Of a stretch of 64,000 bases of DNA, positions 1 to 9,997 are shown in pieces. This DNA comes from Verrucomicrobiota bacterium. Its GTDB lineage: Bacteria; Verrucomicrobiota; Kiritimatiellia; CAJWTS01. The position numbers were made by a program, and so were the translations under genes. Position 1 is the stretch's first letter, and each line of letters begins with the position of its first letter. The stretch is from the NCBI GenBank assembly GCA_027623315.1, contig JAQBYD010000014.1:375-64374 (forward strand), in the 5' to 3' direction. A model generated the notes under the pieces. That model was not told the DNA's origin and did not search any database. It saw nothing but the letters and a program-made list of their open reading frames with translations.

Positions 1-74
1 GCCAGCAGAACACGGATCAGTTCGATATCCGCAGCCGTCACCTCGCGACCTTGCACAACCATGACCTCTGTCAT
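1..74 (-). CDS. N-terminus (partial) of a DUF4338 / DruA-like IS-associated protein
   Basis: My translation from ATG at 74: MTEVMVVQGREVTAADIELIRVLL. This matches the 'GRE(I/V)T..DI..IR.L' start typical of DUF4338 proteins. Only 24 codons are visible. Confidence 0.55.
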   Translation of the reverse strand, partial: MTEVMVVQGREVTAADIELIRVLL

Positions 75-253
75 GGCGCCAAGAATACGGCAACCGGCCC
101 AACCGAGTTCAGCCCGAAAAACAACTTGTTTCGCTTGCGCTTCGGGGGGGGTAGACTACGCTCTATTCTGATGGAGTTGACTGGGACTAGTTCCTACACG
201 GTTCCGCATGCGGCGGGCGGAAACGTGAGCAAAGAGACGCCGTGAACGGTTAC
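1..253 (-). mobile_element. End of a probable IS66-like element (DUF4338-associated), running off the window start
   Basis: Minus strand from 253 reads GTAACCGTTCACGG, resembling IS66-type terminal inverted repeats (GTAA...TTCA). A DUF4338-like ORF starts 180 nt inside. The other end is outside the window. Confidence 0.55.
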
Positions 254-331
254 TGAATTTCGTCCGGTGCCGTCGAAAAGGCGACATGGCGCACCATGGC
301 ATCCGGAATTCAATTCACAGGTGTGAAACCA

Positions 332-2467
332 ATGAACCGACAGATGATGCCCAGAGTGAGACATTCGATCCTTTCGCTGCTCTTGTTCGGCGCCGGGCTC
401 CCCGTAGCAGACGCGGCAAACCCGGTGCGGACCGCGCATGTCGAAGCGGCACTCATCTCTGAGGTCGCCGCCATACAGCCCGGGACTCCGTTTCGCGTGG
501 CCCTGCGACTCAAGATAGATCCGCAATGGCACACCTACTGGGTCAATCCCGGTGACGCCGGATTGCCGACAAGACTTAACTGGGACCTCCCCGATGGATT
601 CACGGCAAGCCCCATACAGTGGCCGTATCCCCATCGTCTTCCGGTTCCGCCGTTGATGAACTTCGGATACGAAGGGGATGTCTGGCACCTCATCACCCTG
701 ACGCCCCCGGCCGGACTGGAACCTGGAGACGATGTGACGTTGAGAGGCAAAGCGTCGTGGCTCGTCTGCAAGGAGATCTGCATTCCAGAATCGGCCGAAT
801 TGGAACTGGTCCTGCCCGTCTCGGAAACGCCTGCGCCAAACGTCGCGTCGGTCGCATCCGGATTTGCCGCCGCCGATGTGTTGCTGCCCGCAGAGCCGGG
901 GGAGTGGACGTTCGCCGCTCACATTGACGGATCCGGGGTCGTGATTACGGCGTTACCGAAAGCTGCGCAGTACGATCCGGGCAACGTTCAATTCTTTCCC
1001 TATGCCAAAGACTTCATCTCCTACAACGCCCCGCAGCGCTGGAGTCGCGACGATAGCGGCTACCGGCTTTCCTTACAGCGGGACGTCAGTGCGAATGCAG
1101 ATGTCGAGGCCCTGGCCGGCGTCCTGGTGGCGGATCGCGCATGGACCGCGGGCGGATCGCACAGAGCGATTGAGCTCGATATTCCGCTATCAAGCGCCGC
1201 GCCGCTGTCCGCAGCGGATTCGGGTCCGGATCCGGTCGCGGCGTCCCGCGGCGGAAGCGGAGACCGCGAGGCCGCCGGGATTCTGTTTACCGTGGTTCTC
1301 GGATTCGTCGGCGGGTTGATCCTTAACCTGATGCCGTGCGTGTTTCCGGTGGTGGGCATCAAGATCATGAGTTTCGTCAGCCAGGCCGGTGAAGAACGGG
1401 CACGCGTGAGACTTCACGGGTTCGTCTACACCTTTGGCGTTCTGGTCTCGTTCTGGATCCTGTCCGGAATGCTGATCGCCATACGCGCGGGTGGCGCGGA
1501 ACTGGGTTGGGGATTTCAGCTGCAGTCTCCCATGTTCGTCTTCGTCCTGACGGTCCTGTTGCTCGCGTTCGCGTTGAACCTGAGTGGTGTCTTTGAGGTC
1601 GGTCTCAGCGTGACCAACGTGGGACAGAAAGCGGCGTCCAAGTCCGGGTTGGCGGGGTCGTTCATGTCCGGCGTGTTTGCGACCGTCGTATCCACGCCGT
1701 GTGCGGCGCCGTTCCTCGCACCTGCGCTCGGCGCGGCGATGGCCTTTCAGCCGGCGCAGTCGTTGCTCGTCTTCACGAGCATAGGGTTGGGGCTCTCGAC
1801 TCCATATCTTTTGCTGTCGTTCTTCCCCGCATGGATCGATCGCTTGCCTCGCCCCGGCGCGTGGATGGAATCGTTCAAGCAGGCAATGGCGTTTCTTCTG
1901 TACGCCACCGTGGTCTACCTGGTGTGGGTGCTCGCGGGGCAGCTTGAAGACCGCCGCTTCCTGCACGTGCTCTTCGCGCTCGTCGGGGTAGGGCTCGCCG
2001 CCTGGATCTACGGACGGTGGAGCGGGTTCGAGCGGCCGGCACGCACACGCGCAATCGCGCGAATCGTGGCGGCACTCCTCCTGGCCTGGGCGTTCTGGGT
2101 CGGACACAACGCACGCAGCGGGTCCGGCCTCACCTGGGAGAAGTGGTCGCCGGATCGCGTTGCCGAGTTGGTTGCCGAGGGCCGCATCGTCTACGTTGAT
2201 TTCACGGCGCGATGGTGTGCCACCTGCCAGGCAAACAAGGAAGCGGTCTTTACGTCGCGCCGCGTGCTCGACCAGTTCGAGAAGTTGGATGTGGTCGCGC
2301 TCAAAGCGGATTGGACGAATGTGGATCCGGAGATCACGCGCGCACTCGAAGCGTTCGGTCGGTCGGCCGTTCCGTTTAACCTGCTCTATAAGCCAGGGCG
2401 CGATGCGCCCATCGAGTTGCCGGAACTTCTGACGCCCGGAGTTGTGATTGATGCGTTGTCGAACTGA
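332..2467 (+). CDS. dsbD: Thiol:disulfide interchange protein, DsbD family
   Basis: Signal peptide; N-domain WHTYWVNPGDAG and WLVCKEIC; membrane domain MPCVFP and TPCAAP; C-terminal thioredoxin WCATC. Alternative start at 296. Confidence 0.9.
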   Translation: MNRQMMPRVRHSILSLLLFGAGLPVADAANPVRTAHVEAALISEVAAIQPGTPFRVALRLKIDPQWHTYWVNPGDAGLPTRLNWDLPDGFTASPIQWPYPHRLPVPPLMNFGYEGDVWHLITLTPPAGLEPGDDVTLRGKASWLVCKEICIPESAELELVLPVSETPAPNVASVASGFAAADVLLPAEPGEWTFAAHIDGSGVVITALPKAAQYDPGNVQFFPYAKDFISYNAPQRWSRDDSGYRLSLQRDVSANADVEALAGVLVADRAWTAGGSHRAIELDIPLSSAAPLSAADSGPDPVAASRGGSGDREAAGILFTVVLGFVGGLILNLMPCVFPVVGIKIMSFVSQAGEERARVRLHGFVYTFGVLVSFWILSGMLIAIRAGGAELGWGFQLQSPMFVFVLTVLLLAFALNLSGVFEVGLSVTNVGQKAASKSGLAGSFMSGVFATVVSTPCAAPFLAPALGAAMAFQPAQSLLVFTSIGLGLSTPYLLLSFFPAWIDRLPRPGAWMESFKQAMAFLLYATVVYLVWVLAGQLEDRRFLHVLFALVGVGLAAWIYGRWSGFERPARTRAIARIVAALLLAWAFWVGHNARSGSGLTWEKWSPDRVAELVAEGRIVYVDFTARWCATCQANKEAVFTSRRVLDQFEKLDVVALKADWTNVDPEITRALEAFGRSAVPFNLLYKPGRDAPIELPELLTPGVVIDALSN

Positions 2468-2557
2468 AGTTTTGCAGCCAGGAATTCGGACCCTCCTTCG
2501 CGCGGCGCGTCGGACTGGACGGAGTCTCGGTAGAGCCTTGTCGCGGAGGACGGATTC

Positions 2558-3843
2558 TTGAACTTCGTTGGCCTCGCTGGATTCTGCTTCCTCATCGTCG
2601 CGAACGGCTTCTTTGTCGCCGCGGAATTTGCACTGGTCAAACTTCGCGCCGTAGATCTCGAGTCGGGGGAGGGCACGGATTCAAAGTCGGCGGACACGCT
2701 TCGGCACATGCTCAAGAATCTCAACGCTTACTTGTCGGGCTGTCAGCTCGGCATCACGCTTGCCAGCCTGGGCCTGGGCTGGATCGGTGAGCCCGTCGTC
2801 GCAAAACTGCTCGAGCGGCCGCTGGTTGGCCTTGGGCTGTCCGGTACGGTGATCCATGTGGTCGCGTTCGCGATAAGCTTCTTTGCGATCACGTTCTTCC
2901 ACCTGACGGTTGGCGAGCAGGCGCCGAAGATCTGGGCGATCCAGAGGGCGCGATCGACAGCCCTGGCGGTGGCTATGCCGCTGGCGTGGTTCTACCGGGC
3001 CTTCAGGCCATTTATCTGGCTTATCAATAAGTCGAGCAACGCCATGCTCCGCGCGGTTGGCATGACCACCGTCTCGGAGCACGAGCAGGAGGTGACGGAG
3101 GACGAGGTGCGCGTGCTCATGGCGCAATCGGCGGCCGTCGGACATCTCACGAGCCGTGAGGTCTCGATGCTCGAGAACGTTCTCGATCTTGAAAGCAAGG
3201 TGGCGCGCAGCTTCATGGTCCCACGCCATGAGGTAGTTTACCTGGACGTGGAGGCCGGCTCGAGGAGTGTCTCGCGACGGCGGCGGACTGCGGACACACG
3301 CGCCTGCCCGTATGCCGGGGAGGCATGGACCACGTCGAAGGGGTTCTGCATGTCAAAGACGCGTTCAGGGCCCAGGCGTCTGGGGTAAAGCTGGAGGCGG
3401 TTGAGGCGATCATGCGAAACGCCGCGTTCGTGCACGGGACCACGACGCTTGACCAGCTCCTGGGGCAAATGCTGAGATCCAGAACGCACATGGCCATCAT
3501 CGTGGATGATTTTGGATCGGCGGCCGGTATCATTACTCTCGATAACGTGCTGGAACAACTGGTCGGCCCTATCCAGGACGAGTTTGATAACGAGTCGCCC
3601 ATGGTGCGTCGTATCGGTCCTAAGCGATTCGAGGTGATCGGCATCTGCCCGGTGCAGGAGTTTGAGAAGGAATCCGGATTATCGCTTGGAGCGACGGACT
3701 CCGACACGGTGGGTGGAGCCGTGATCGCTCTTCTGGGTCACATCCCGCTGCAGGGCGAAGTCGCGCAAGTCGGGGACGCCACGATCACGGTGCTGGAGGC
3801 CGAAGCCACGCGAGTTGGACGTGTACGAGTCGATGCACGCTGA
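2558..3843 (+). pseudogene. Hemolysin-family / CNNM (DUF21-CBS-CorC) protein split by a frameshift near 3255-3262
   Basis: ORF 2558-3388 has NGFFVAAEFALV, QLGITLASLGLGWIGEP and GEQAPK. The other frame continues LEECLATAADCGHTRLPV...DDFG...GIITLDNVLEQLVGPIQDEFD to the stop at 3843. One base appears to be missing. Confidence 0.85.
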
Positions 3844-6529
3844 GGCCCGCTTTGTCCCGGGGCAGCGCTGGGTAAGTGCATCCGAACCGGAATTGGGTCT
3901 CGGGACCGTGCTGCAGACGTCGTCGCATCAGGCGGTCATCGTCTTCCCGGCATCGGGAGAGCTGCGCAGTTACGCGGTTTCGCATGCACCGCTCACGCGA
4001 GTCCAGTATGCCGTCGGCGATCGTGTCGGTGATGGCGCCGACGTGGGCTTCGTCGTCGAGACCGTAGCGGACGAGGACGGCCTGCTCACCTATTTCGGCG
4101 AGGGCCAGGAGCTTCCCGAGGGCGCCCTGGACGATCACATGGTCTTCAATCGTCCGCAGGATCGTCTGCTCAGCCGGCATCCGGATCGCGTCGACGCGTT
4201 CGAGCGACGTCAGCGCACGTGGGATCACCTTTGCCGGTACCGCTCTTCCCCGTTGCGTGGACTGCTTGGTGGGAGGATCTCGCTGATTCCGCATCAACTC
4301 TATGTCGTTGAATCGGTGGTCCAGCGCATGACCCCGCGCGTTTTGCTCTCCGATGAGATCGGGATGGGCAAGACGATCGAAGCATGTCTGATTCTGCATC
4401 GAAAACTCATGCTTGGTCGCATCAACCGGGCCTTGATCCTGGTGCCCACCGCGCTGGTGTATCAATGGTTTGTGGAGCTGCTGCGACGCTTCTCCCTGCT
4501 GCCGGCCATTTTCGATGAGGAGCGTTGTGAAGCGATCGAGACCAACCCGGAGTCCGGCAATCCGTTTCTGGAGGATCACCTGGTCCTGTGCGATATCAAT
4601 TGGTTGGCCGGGAGTGAACAGAGAGCGAAGCAGGCCGTGGATGCCGGATGGGATCTCCTGATTGTGGATGAGGCGCACCACCTCGAGTGGGAGGATGGGC
4701 GTGCAGGCCCATCGTATTCCCTGGTCGATCGCCTGGCGGCGAGCACGCACGGGGTGCTGCTGCTGACGGCGACGCCTGAGGAGCTCGGAGGCCCCGGGCA
4801 CTTCGCCAGGCTGCGACTGCTCGATCCCGATCGCTATACGTCGCTGGAGGACTTCGATAGGGAGAATCTCGAGTATGCGCCGCTTGTGCCGCTGGCCGAA
4901 ACGCTCGAGACGAATGGCCGTCTGTCGGATGCCCAGGGTCAACAACTCGCCGGGCTCGGGCTCGATCCCGGGGCGGCGCCCGAACGTCTGCTCGATGAGT
5001 TGATTGATTGTTACGGTCCCGGCCGCGTCATCTTTCGCAACACGCGGCGGATCATCAAGGGATTCCCTGAACGCACGGTGCACATGGTCGCCCTTGAAAA
5101 CGCGGACGATGCACTGCAGCGGTGGCTGATCGGATTGCTCCAGGAACTCCCCTCGGAGAAGTTCCTGGCGATTGTACACACGCGTGAGGAGGCCGAGGCT
5201 TTTTGCCAGGAGATCAAGGCCGGCAGTGGGGTTGCGGTGAGTCTCTTTCACGAGGGGATGACGTTGCTCCAGCGCGACCAGCAGGCGGCCTGGTTCGCCG
5301 AGCCCGACGGCGCCGGCCTTCTGATCGCCTCGGAGATCGGCGGGGAAGGGCGCAACTTTCAGTTTGCACATCACCTCGTGCTGCTGGATGTCCCTGCAAA
5401 CCCGGAACTCATTGAACAGCGCATAGGGCGCCTCGACCGCATCGGTCAGTCGCAGCGAATCCATATCCACGTGCCCTATCGCACGGGTACCGCTGAGGAG
5501 ATTCGCGCGCGCTGGATGCATGAGGTCCTCGATGCGCTGCGGCATCCGTTGCCCGGAGCCCATGAGATCTATATCCGGTTTCGTGCGGAGCTGACAGCCC
5601 TCGAGCGTACCCCCGGGTCCGGTGATTGGACCGCTTTCATGCAGGACGCGCGGGTGCAAGTGCGCGAGATCTCCGAACGGGTATCGGGGGGCCGCGATCG
5701 ACTGCTCGAACTGCACTCATACAGGGCGGAGCAGGCCCAACATTGGGCGGATGCGATTGCAGTCGAGGATGCGGATCCGACGCTGGAGGCCTACCTGCTC
5801 GAGATTTTCGAGGCGTATGGCGTATACCCGGAGCAAATCGACAGGCGTCGTTGGCTCCTGAAGCCGGATGCCGTCTTCTCGCACCTTTTCCCCGGCTTTC
5901 CGCGCGATGGCATGATGATCACGTTTGACCGGCAGTTGGCCCTCGAGCGTGAAGACATCGGTTTCGTGTCGTGGGATCATCCCCTTGTACACGGCGCGAT
6001 GGAAAAGGTTGTCGCATCAGCGGATGGGAATGCCGCTGTCGTGAGCTGGGATCGTGACATCGCCACTCCATTTCTATTCGCCGCGACGTTTATTCTCGAA
6101 GCATCGGGCTCAGATGCAGAGGCGTCGCGCTGTCTACCCGCCACCCCGATTCAACTGGTCCTGGACGACTCCTGCGGGATATGGGACGGCGAGCAGCCTG
6201 TCCTGACCGATCTCAGGGACGCGCCGTCATTAAGTGACCGCGAACTCGACTTGGTGCGCCTCAGATTGCCTGACCTGGTGGCGGCGGCCGAGATCGTTGC
6301 CGGCGAGCGGGCCTCCGGGTATCGAAGTGATGCCGGCCTGCGGCTTCAGGATGCCAAAGCCACTGAGTTACGTCGATTGCGGGCGTTGCAAAAGCGGAAT
6401 GACACGATCAGCGATCGCGAATTGCAGGACCGCGAAGACCAATTCGACGCGGCGGTGAACGAAGTACTCACGGCCGCGTTGCGGTTTGATTCCGTCTGTT
6501 GGATCTGGTGCCGCCCGAGAAAGGCCTGA
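3833..6529 (+). CDS. rapA: RNA polymerase-associated protein RapA (SWI2/SNF2 ATPase)
   Basis: N-terminal GQRWVSASEPELGLG; LLSDEIGMGKT, DEAHH, LTATP, SEIGGEGRNFQFA, EQRIGRLDRIGQ; C-terminal SWDHPLV. Confidence 0.93.
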   Translation: MHAEARFVPGQRWVSASEPELGLGTVLQTSSHQAVIVFPASGELRSYAVSHAPLTRVQYAVGDRVGDGADVGFVVETVADEDGLLTYFGEGQELPEGALDDHMVFNRPQDRLLSRHPDRVDAFERRQRTWDHLCRYRSSPLRGLLGGRISLIPHQLYVVESVVQRMTPRVLLSDEIGMGKTIEACLILHRKLMLGRINRALILVPTALVYQWFVELLRRFSLLPAIFDEERCEAIETNPESGNPFLEDHLVLCDINWLAGSEQRAKQAVDAGWDLLIVDEAHHLEWEDGRAGPSYSLVDRLAASTHGVLLLTATPEELGGPGHFARLRLLDPDRYTSLEDFDRENLEYAPLVPLAETLETNGRLSDAQGQQLAGLGLDPGAAPERLLDELIDCYGPGRVIFRNTRRIIKGFPERTVHMVALENADDALQRWLIGLLQELPSEKFLAIVHTREEAEAFCQEIKAGSGVAVSLFHEGMTLLQRDQQAAWFAEPDGAGLLIASEIGGEGRNFQFAHHLVLLDVPANPELIEQRIGRLDRIGQSQRIHIHVPYRTGTAEEIRARWMHEVLDALRHPLPGAHEIYIRFRAELTALERTPGSGDWTAFMQDARVQVREISERVSGGRDRLLELHSYRAEQAQHWADAIAVEDADPTLEAYLLEIFEAYGVYPEQIDRRRWLLKPDAVFSHLFPGFPRDGMMITFDRQLALEREDIGFVSWDHPLVHGAMEKVVASADGNAAVVSWDRDIATPFLFAATFILEASGSDAEASRCLPATPIQLVLDDSCGIWDGEQPVLTDLRDAPSLSDRELDLVRLRLPDLVAAAEIVAGERASGYRSDAGLRLQDAKATELRRLRALQKRNDTISDRELQDREDQFDAAVNEVLTAALRFDSVCWIWCRPRKA

Positions 6530-6700
6530 TCCGGAGTATGGATCCGTCGCAAGTGCCGCAGCATGGGCTCTGAGCACTCCCTTGAGCAGCGTTACGTAGA
6601 AAATCGTCCTGCCAGTAATCGTCCTGCCAAAGAGACTGATTCGTTGGCGGGCGCTTGTCCCGCGAAGGCTCGGATGTCCTGCAGTAGTAGTACGAAGCGC

Positions 6701-9700
6701 TCACGCCAAGAGTAACTCGATATCCGCGCGCGTGAGGGATCGGATGAGGCTGTTGTTGGCAGTGATGATGGAGTCGGCAAGTTTCTTCTTCTTCTGCTGA
6801 AGCTCGAGAATTCGCTCTTCGACGGTGTCGCGGGCGACAATCCGATATGCGAAGACACGACGGGTCTGCCCGATACGGTGCGACCGGTCGACCGCCTGGG
6901 CTTCGACGGCGGGGTTCCACCACGGATCGAGGAGGACCACGTAGTCGGCGGCGGTCAGGTTGAGTCCGAGTCCACCCGCTTTGAGGCTGATGAGGAAGAC
7001 CTTGCAGGACGGATCGGTCTGAAACCGCGCGACGACCTCCTCGCGCTTCCGGGTGTGTCCGTCGAGATAAGCGTATGTGACGCCGGTCTTATCGAGCTGC
7101 GCGCGTACAATCGCGAGCAGGCTCGTGAACTGCGAGAAGACCAGGATCTTGTGATCTTCGTCGACCACGTCTTGGATCTGCCCCAGAAGCACGTCCAGCT
7201 TGGCGCTGCTCTGGACTCTCTTCGATTTGTCGAGCAAGCCGGGGTGGCATGCTGCCTGACGCAGACGAAGCAGCGCTTCAAGCACCATGATTTTCGACTT
7301 CGCGATCCCGTCTCCATCCACCTTGGCCAGGAGTGCCTGGCGATAGTGATCACGCAACTCGTCATACTGCTTGCGTTGAGCAGGGAGTAGATCACAATAG
7401 ATGGTCTCTTCCATCTTCTCGGGCAACTCCTTGAGGACCTGGGATTTGGTCCGCCGCAAGACAAACGGTCGCAGGGCTCGGGAAAGTATGCCAACGCTCT
7501 CCTCATCGCCATTCTGGGCCGCACTCAGGCCCCGCTTGAAAGCCGATGCCGTGCCCAGCATCCCGGGATTCAGAAACTCGAACAGGCTCCACAGCTCTCC
7601 CAAATGGTTTTCGATTGGCGTGCCGCTCAGCGCCAGACGATATCGTGCCTTGAGCAGTCTCGCCGCCTTGGCCGTGGAGGTTGCGGCATTCTTGATGGCC
7701 TGCGCCTCGTCAAGGATGACGTAGTCGAATTCGAGTTCCTTCAGTTTTAGAATATCGCTCCTCAACGTGCCGTAAGTCGTGAGCACCAGATCATAGTCGC
7801 CGAATCCTTCGAGATTCGCCGAGCGGCCGATCCCGGTGTGGTCGAGCACTTGCAAGCGAGGCGCAAAGCGTTCGGCCTCCTGCTTCCAGTTGAAAATAAG
7901 CGAACGCGGCACGACCGCGAGCGAAGGCCGTTTTTTGGGCTCGCCTTTTCCGGTGGCCCCGGCGCGACGGGACTCGAGCAGAGCCAGCGCCTGAATCGTT
8001 TTGCCAAGTCCCATATCATCGGCCAGGCAACCGCCAAAACCGAAACGTTGCAGAAAGTTCAGCCATCCCAATCCCTCGCATTGATAGTCCCTCAGTTTTC
8101 CTTTGAATCCCCTTGGGGCCTTGGCCGGCTTCACGGACGTAAACGTGTTCAGTTCCTTGCAGACACGTGTGAATCCGTCGTCGAAAGTCGTGGAAGATTC
8201 TGCCGCGAGAAGCGCATCCAACATCGCCGCCTGCGTTCGGGAAAAGCGAACGGCGTCGTCGCCGATCTCTCCTAGAGTCTCCAGGAACCCGTATCGTCGG
8301 AGCCAATCGGAGGGCAAAATGCCGATAGTGCCATCATCGAGAACGACGGAGCGTGCGTCCTTCTTCAGCGCCTTGAGCAGTTCGGGAAGTGATGCGGTGG
8401 CGTCACCAAATTCAGCGCCGCCACTGACATCAAACCAGTCCACACCGCTTGTCACGCTGAGCGTGATAGCCCCGGCGGGACGATAGCGCTGTCCCTCGGC
8501 CTCCACGTGCCAACCCTTTTCAACAAGAGTCACCGCAGCGTCGAGAAACCGTTTCGCAGGGATTTCGAAGTCGCACGGCTCGGTATACGCAGAGCCGTAA
8601 TAGGCCCGTGTGTTGCGGAAACGCACGTCCTTCAGGAGTCGCGCCGCGGTTTGTTCGGCGGCATGATCCCGATCAATCACAAGGCGCTGCTCGGGATCGA
8701 ATATGCCGAGAGAATCGGAAGAGAACGGAACGCAACTACCGTCGTAGTCGAAGGTGAGGACGGCCCCAAGGTAGGATCCGTCGGTGCGCTGTTTGGGAGC
8801 GAAGACGCTCAGTTTTGGCGTCGGCGCGACGCTTACACGCCGGAACTGTAATTCCTCCGGCAGTGCGATGGGAGGCATTCGCCGGAAGGAGATTACGTCG
8901 CGCAGCCATTCATTAGCTTCACTGAAAGGCACCACGAGTTGTTTGTCCCGTCGCAGCAGGGGTATCCATTCGAACGCTCCAGAGTCATCCACGCGGGCGA
9001 GACGGTTCTGGTAGAACATCCAGCCTCCGGCGATCAACATGTCAGGCTCTCTGAGCTCCATGCCCTCGGAGTTGCGGGACAAGTAACCGCTAACGGCATA
9101 GTGCTTCTTCTTTGCGTCCTTGCTAACCTGAAGACGAAACTGCCAGGCGCCGTCCTCGTCCAGGGCAATCGGCACGGCTTCATCCATGTCGCCGAAATCG
9201 GCGGCGAGGTACAGGCGGCTCGTGCGGGCCAGGTCCGGCAAGAGGATCTCCTGCAGCGTTTTGGATAGTTGATAGGTTCCGTCTGACATTGTGGGATGAT
9301 AGTAGTAGCTGTCGGACATGGATCCGCCTTCGAGCAGCGTCAGGTAGCGGCGATCCTCCGGATCCGCGACATCCTCGATGGCGTGCGAATGGAAGCTCAC
9401 GGGTTTCAGCTTCGTCCATCCGCCGCTCTTTTTGGGACGGGTCTTCAAAACCCGCAAGATGGTTCCACGCCCGCGCAGTGTTTCAGAGCAGTCCACCATG
9501 TAGCGATACTCCGTCGCGAGTGGCTCGTCCGAGGAATCACGGCGTGCGGTTGCGCTCTGGATTTCGTGCATCGCGGACTTCCATCGGGGGAGTCGATCCT
9601 GCCCCGTACGTCGATTCCGGGGATCGATCGGCCTCGGATAATCAGCATCGACGTACTCCTCCCCATCATAGAACTCCATATCGTCGAGTCGCCGAACCGC

Positions 9701-9997
9701 ACCGGATTCATCTGGAGTCGACAACAGGCTGCAGGACTCTGCTTGAAGAATTGTGGCCCAGATATGCTTACAGGGACCGCGATCGGTGAAATAGGGACAG
9801 GTACAGGACCAATCGATAAGGGAGTCCGCGCCCGATGAAAATAAGGTCACGCGGTAGTCGTCCGAACCGCGCACCACGGCCGTCAGGACGTCGTCCGCGA
9901 TTTCGAGATCGCCCACGCGATCCTGTTTAAAGTAGCGCAGGCCTCGCTCGCGTATGGTCGAGGAAAAAGCCTCGCTGAAGATGCTGGACAGGCTCAT
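6701..9997 (-). CDS. SWIM zinc-finger SNF2-family helicase
   Basis: N-terminal CTCP...CKHIWA SWIM motif; LADDMGLGKT, DEAQ, LSGTPIEN, SLKAGGLGLNL, DPWWNP, QAVDRSHRIGQ. Confidence 0.92.
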   Translation of the reverse strand: MSLSSIFSEAFSSTIRERGLRYFKQDRVGDLEIADDVLTAVVRGSDDYRVTLFSSGADSLIDWSCTCPYFTDRGPCKHIWATILQAESCSLLSTPDESGAVRRLDDMEFYDGEEYVDADYPRPIDPRNRRTGQDRLPRWKSAMHEIQSATARRDSSDEPLATEYRYMVDCSETLRGRGTILRVLKTRPKKSGGWTKLKPVSFHSHAIEDVADPEDRRYLTLLEGGSMSDSYYYHPTMSDGTYQLSKTLQEILLPDLARTSRLYLAADFGDMDEAVPIALDEDGAWQFRLQVSKDAKKKHYAVSGYLSRNSEGMELREPDMLIAGGWMFYQNRLARVDDSGAFEWIPLLRRDKQLVVPFSEANEWLRDVISFRRMPPIALPEELQFRRVSVAPTPKLSVFAPKQRTDGSYLGAVLTFDYDGSCVPFSSDSLGIFDPEQRLVIDRDHAAEQTAARLLKDVRFRNTRAYYGSAYTEPCDFEIPAKRFLDAAVTLVEKGWHVEAEGQRYRPAGAITLSVTSGVDWFDVSGGAEFGDATASLPELLKALKKDARSVVLDDGTIGILPSDWLRRYGFLETLGEIGDDAVRFSRTQAAMLDALLAAESSTTFDDGFTRVCKELNTFTSVKPAKAPRGFKGKLRDYQCEGLGWLNFLQRFGFGGCLADDMGLGKTIQALALLESRRAGATGKGEPKKRPSLAVVPRSLIFNWKQEAERFAPRLQVLDHTGIGRSANLEGFGDYDLVLTTYGTLRSDILKLKELEFDYVILDEAQAIKNAATSTAKAARLLKARYRLALSGTPIENHLGELWSLFEFLNPGMLGTASAFKRGLSAAQNGDEESVGILSRALRPFVLRRTKSQVLKELPEKMEETIYCDLLPAQRKQYDELRDHYRQALLAKVDGDGIAKSKIMVLEALLRLRQAACHPGLLDKSKRVQSSAKLDVLLGQIQDVVDEDHKILVFSQFTSLLAIVRAQLDKTGVTYAYLDGHTRKREEVVARFQTDPSCKVFLISLKAGGLGLNLTAADYVVLLDPWWNPAVEAQAVDRSHRIGQTRRVFAYRIVARDTVEERILELQQKKKKLADSIITANNSLIRSLTRADIELLLA

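Noticed and set aside
3785..5716. 643-aa antisense ORF over rapA (likewise 42879-44717 over oppA, 21613-23022, 10090-11457, 15691-16947)
   Set aside because: Shadow ORFs opposite well-supported genes in GC-rich DNA, with no recognisable motifs.
6602..6630. Tandem AATCGTCCTGCCA x2 between rapA and the SNF2 gene
   Set aside because: Only two units and a single occurrence in the window; no function can be supported.
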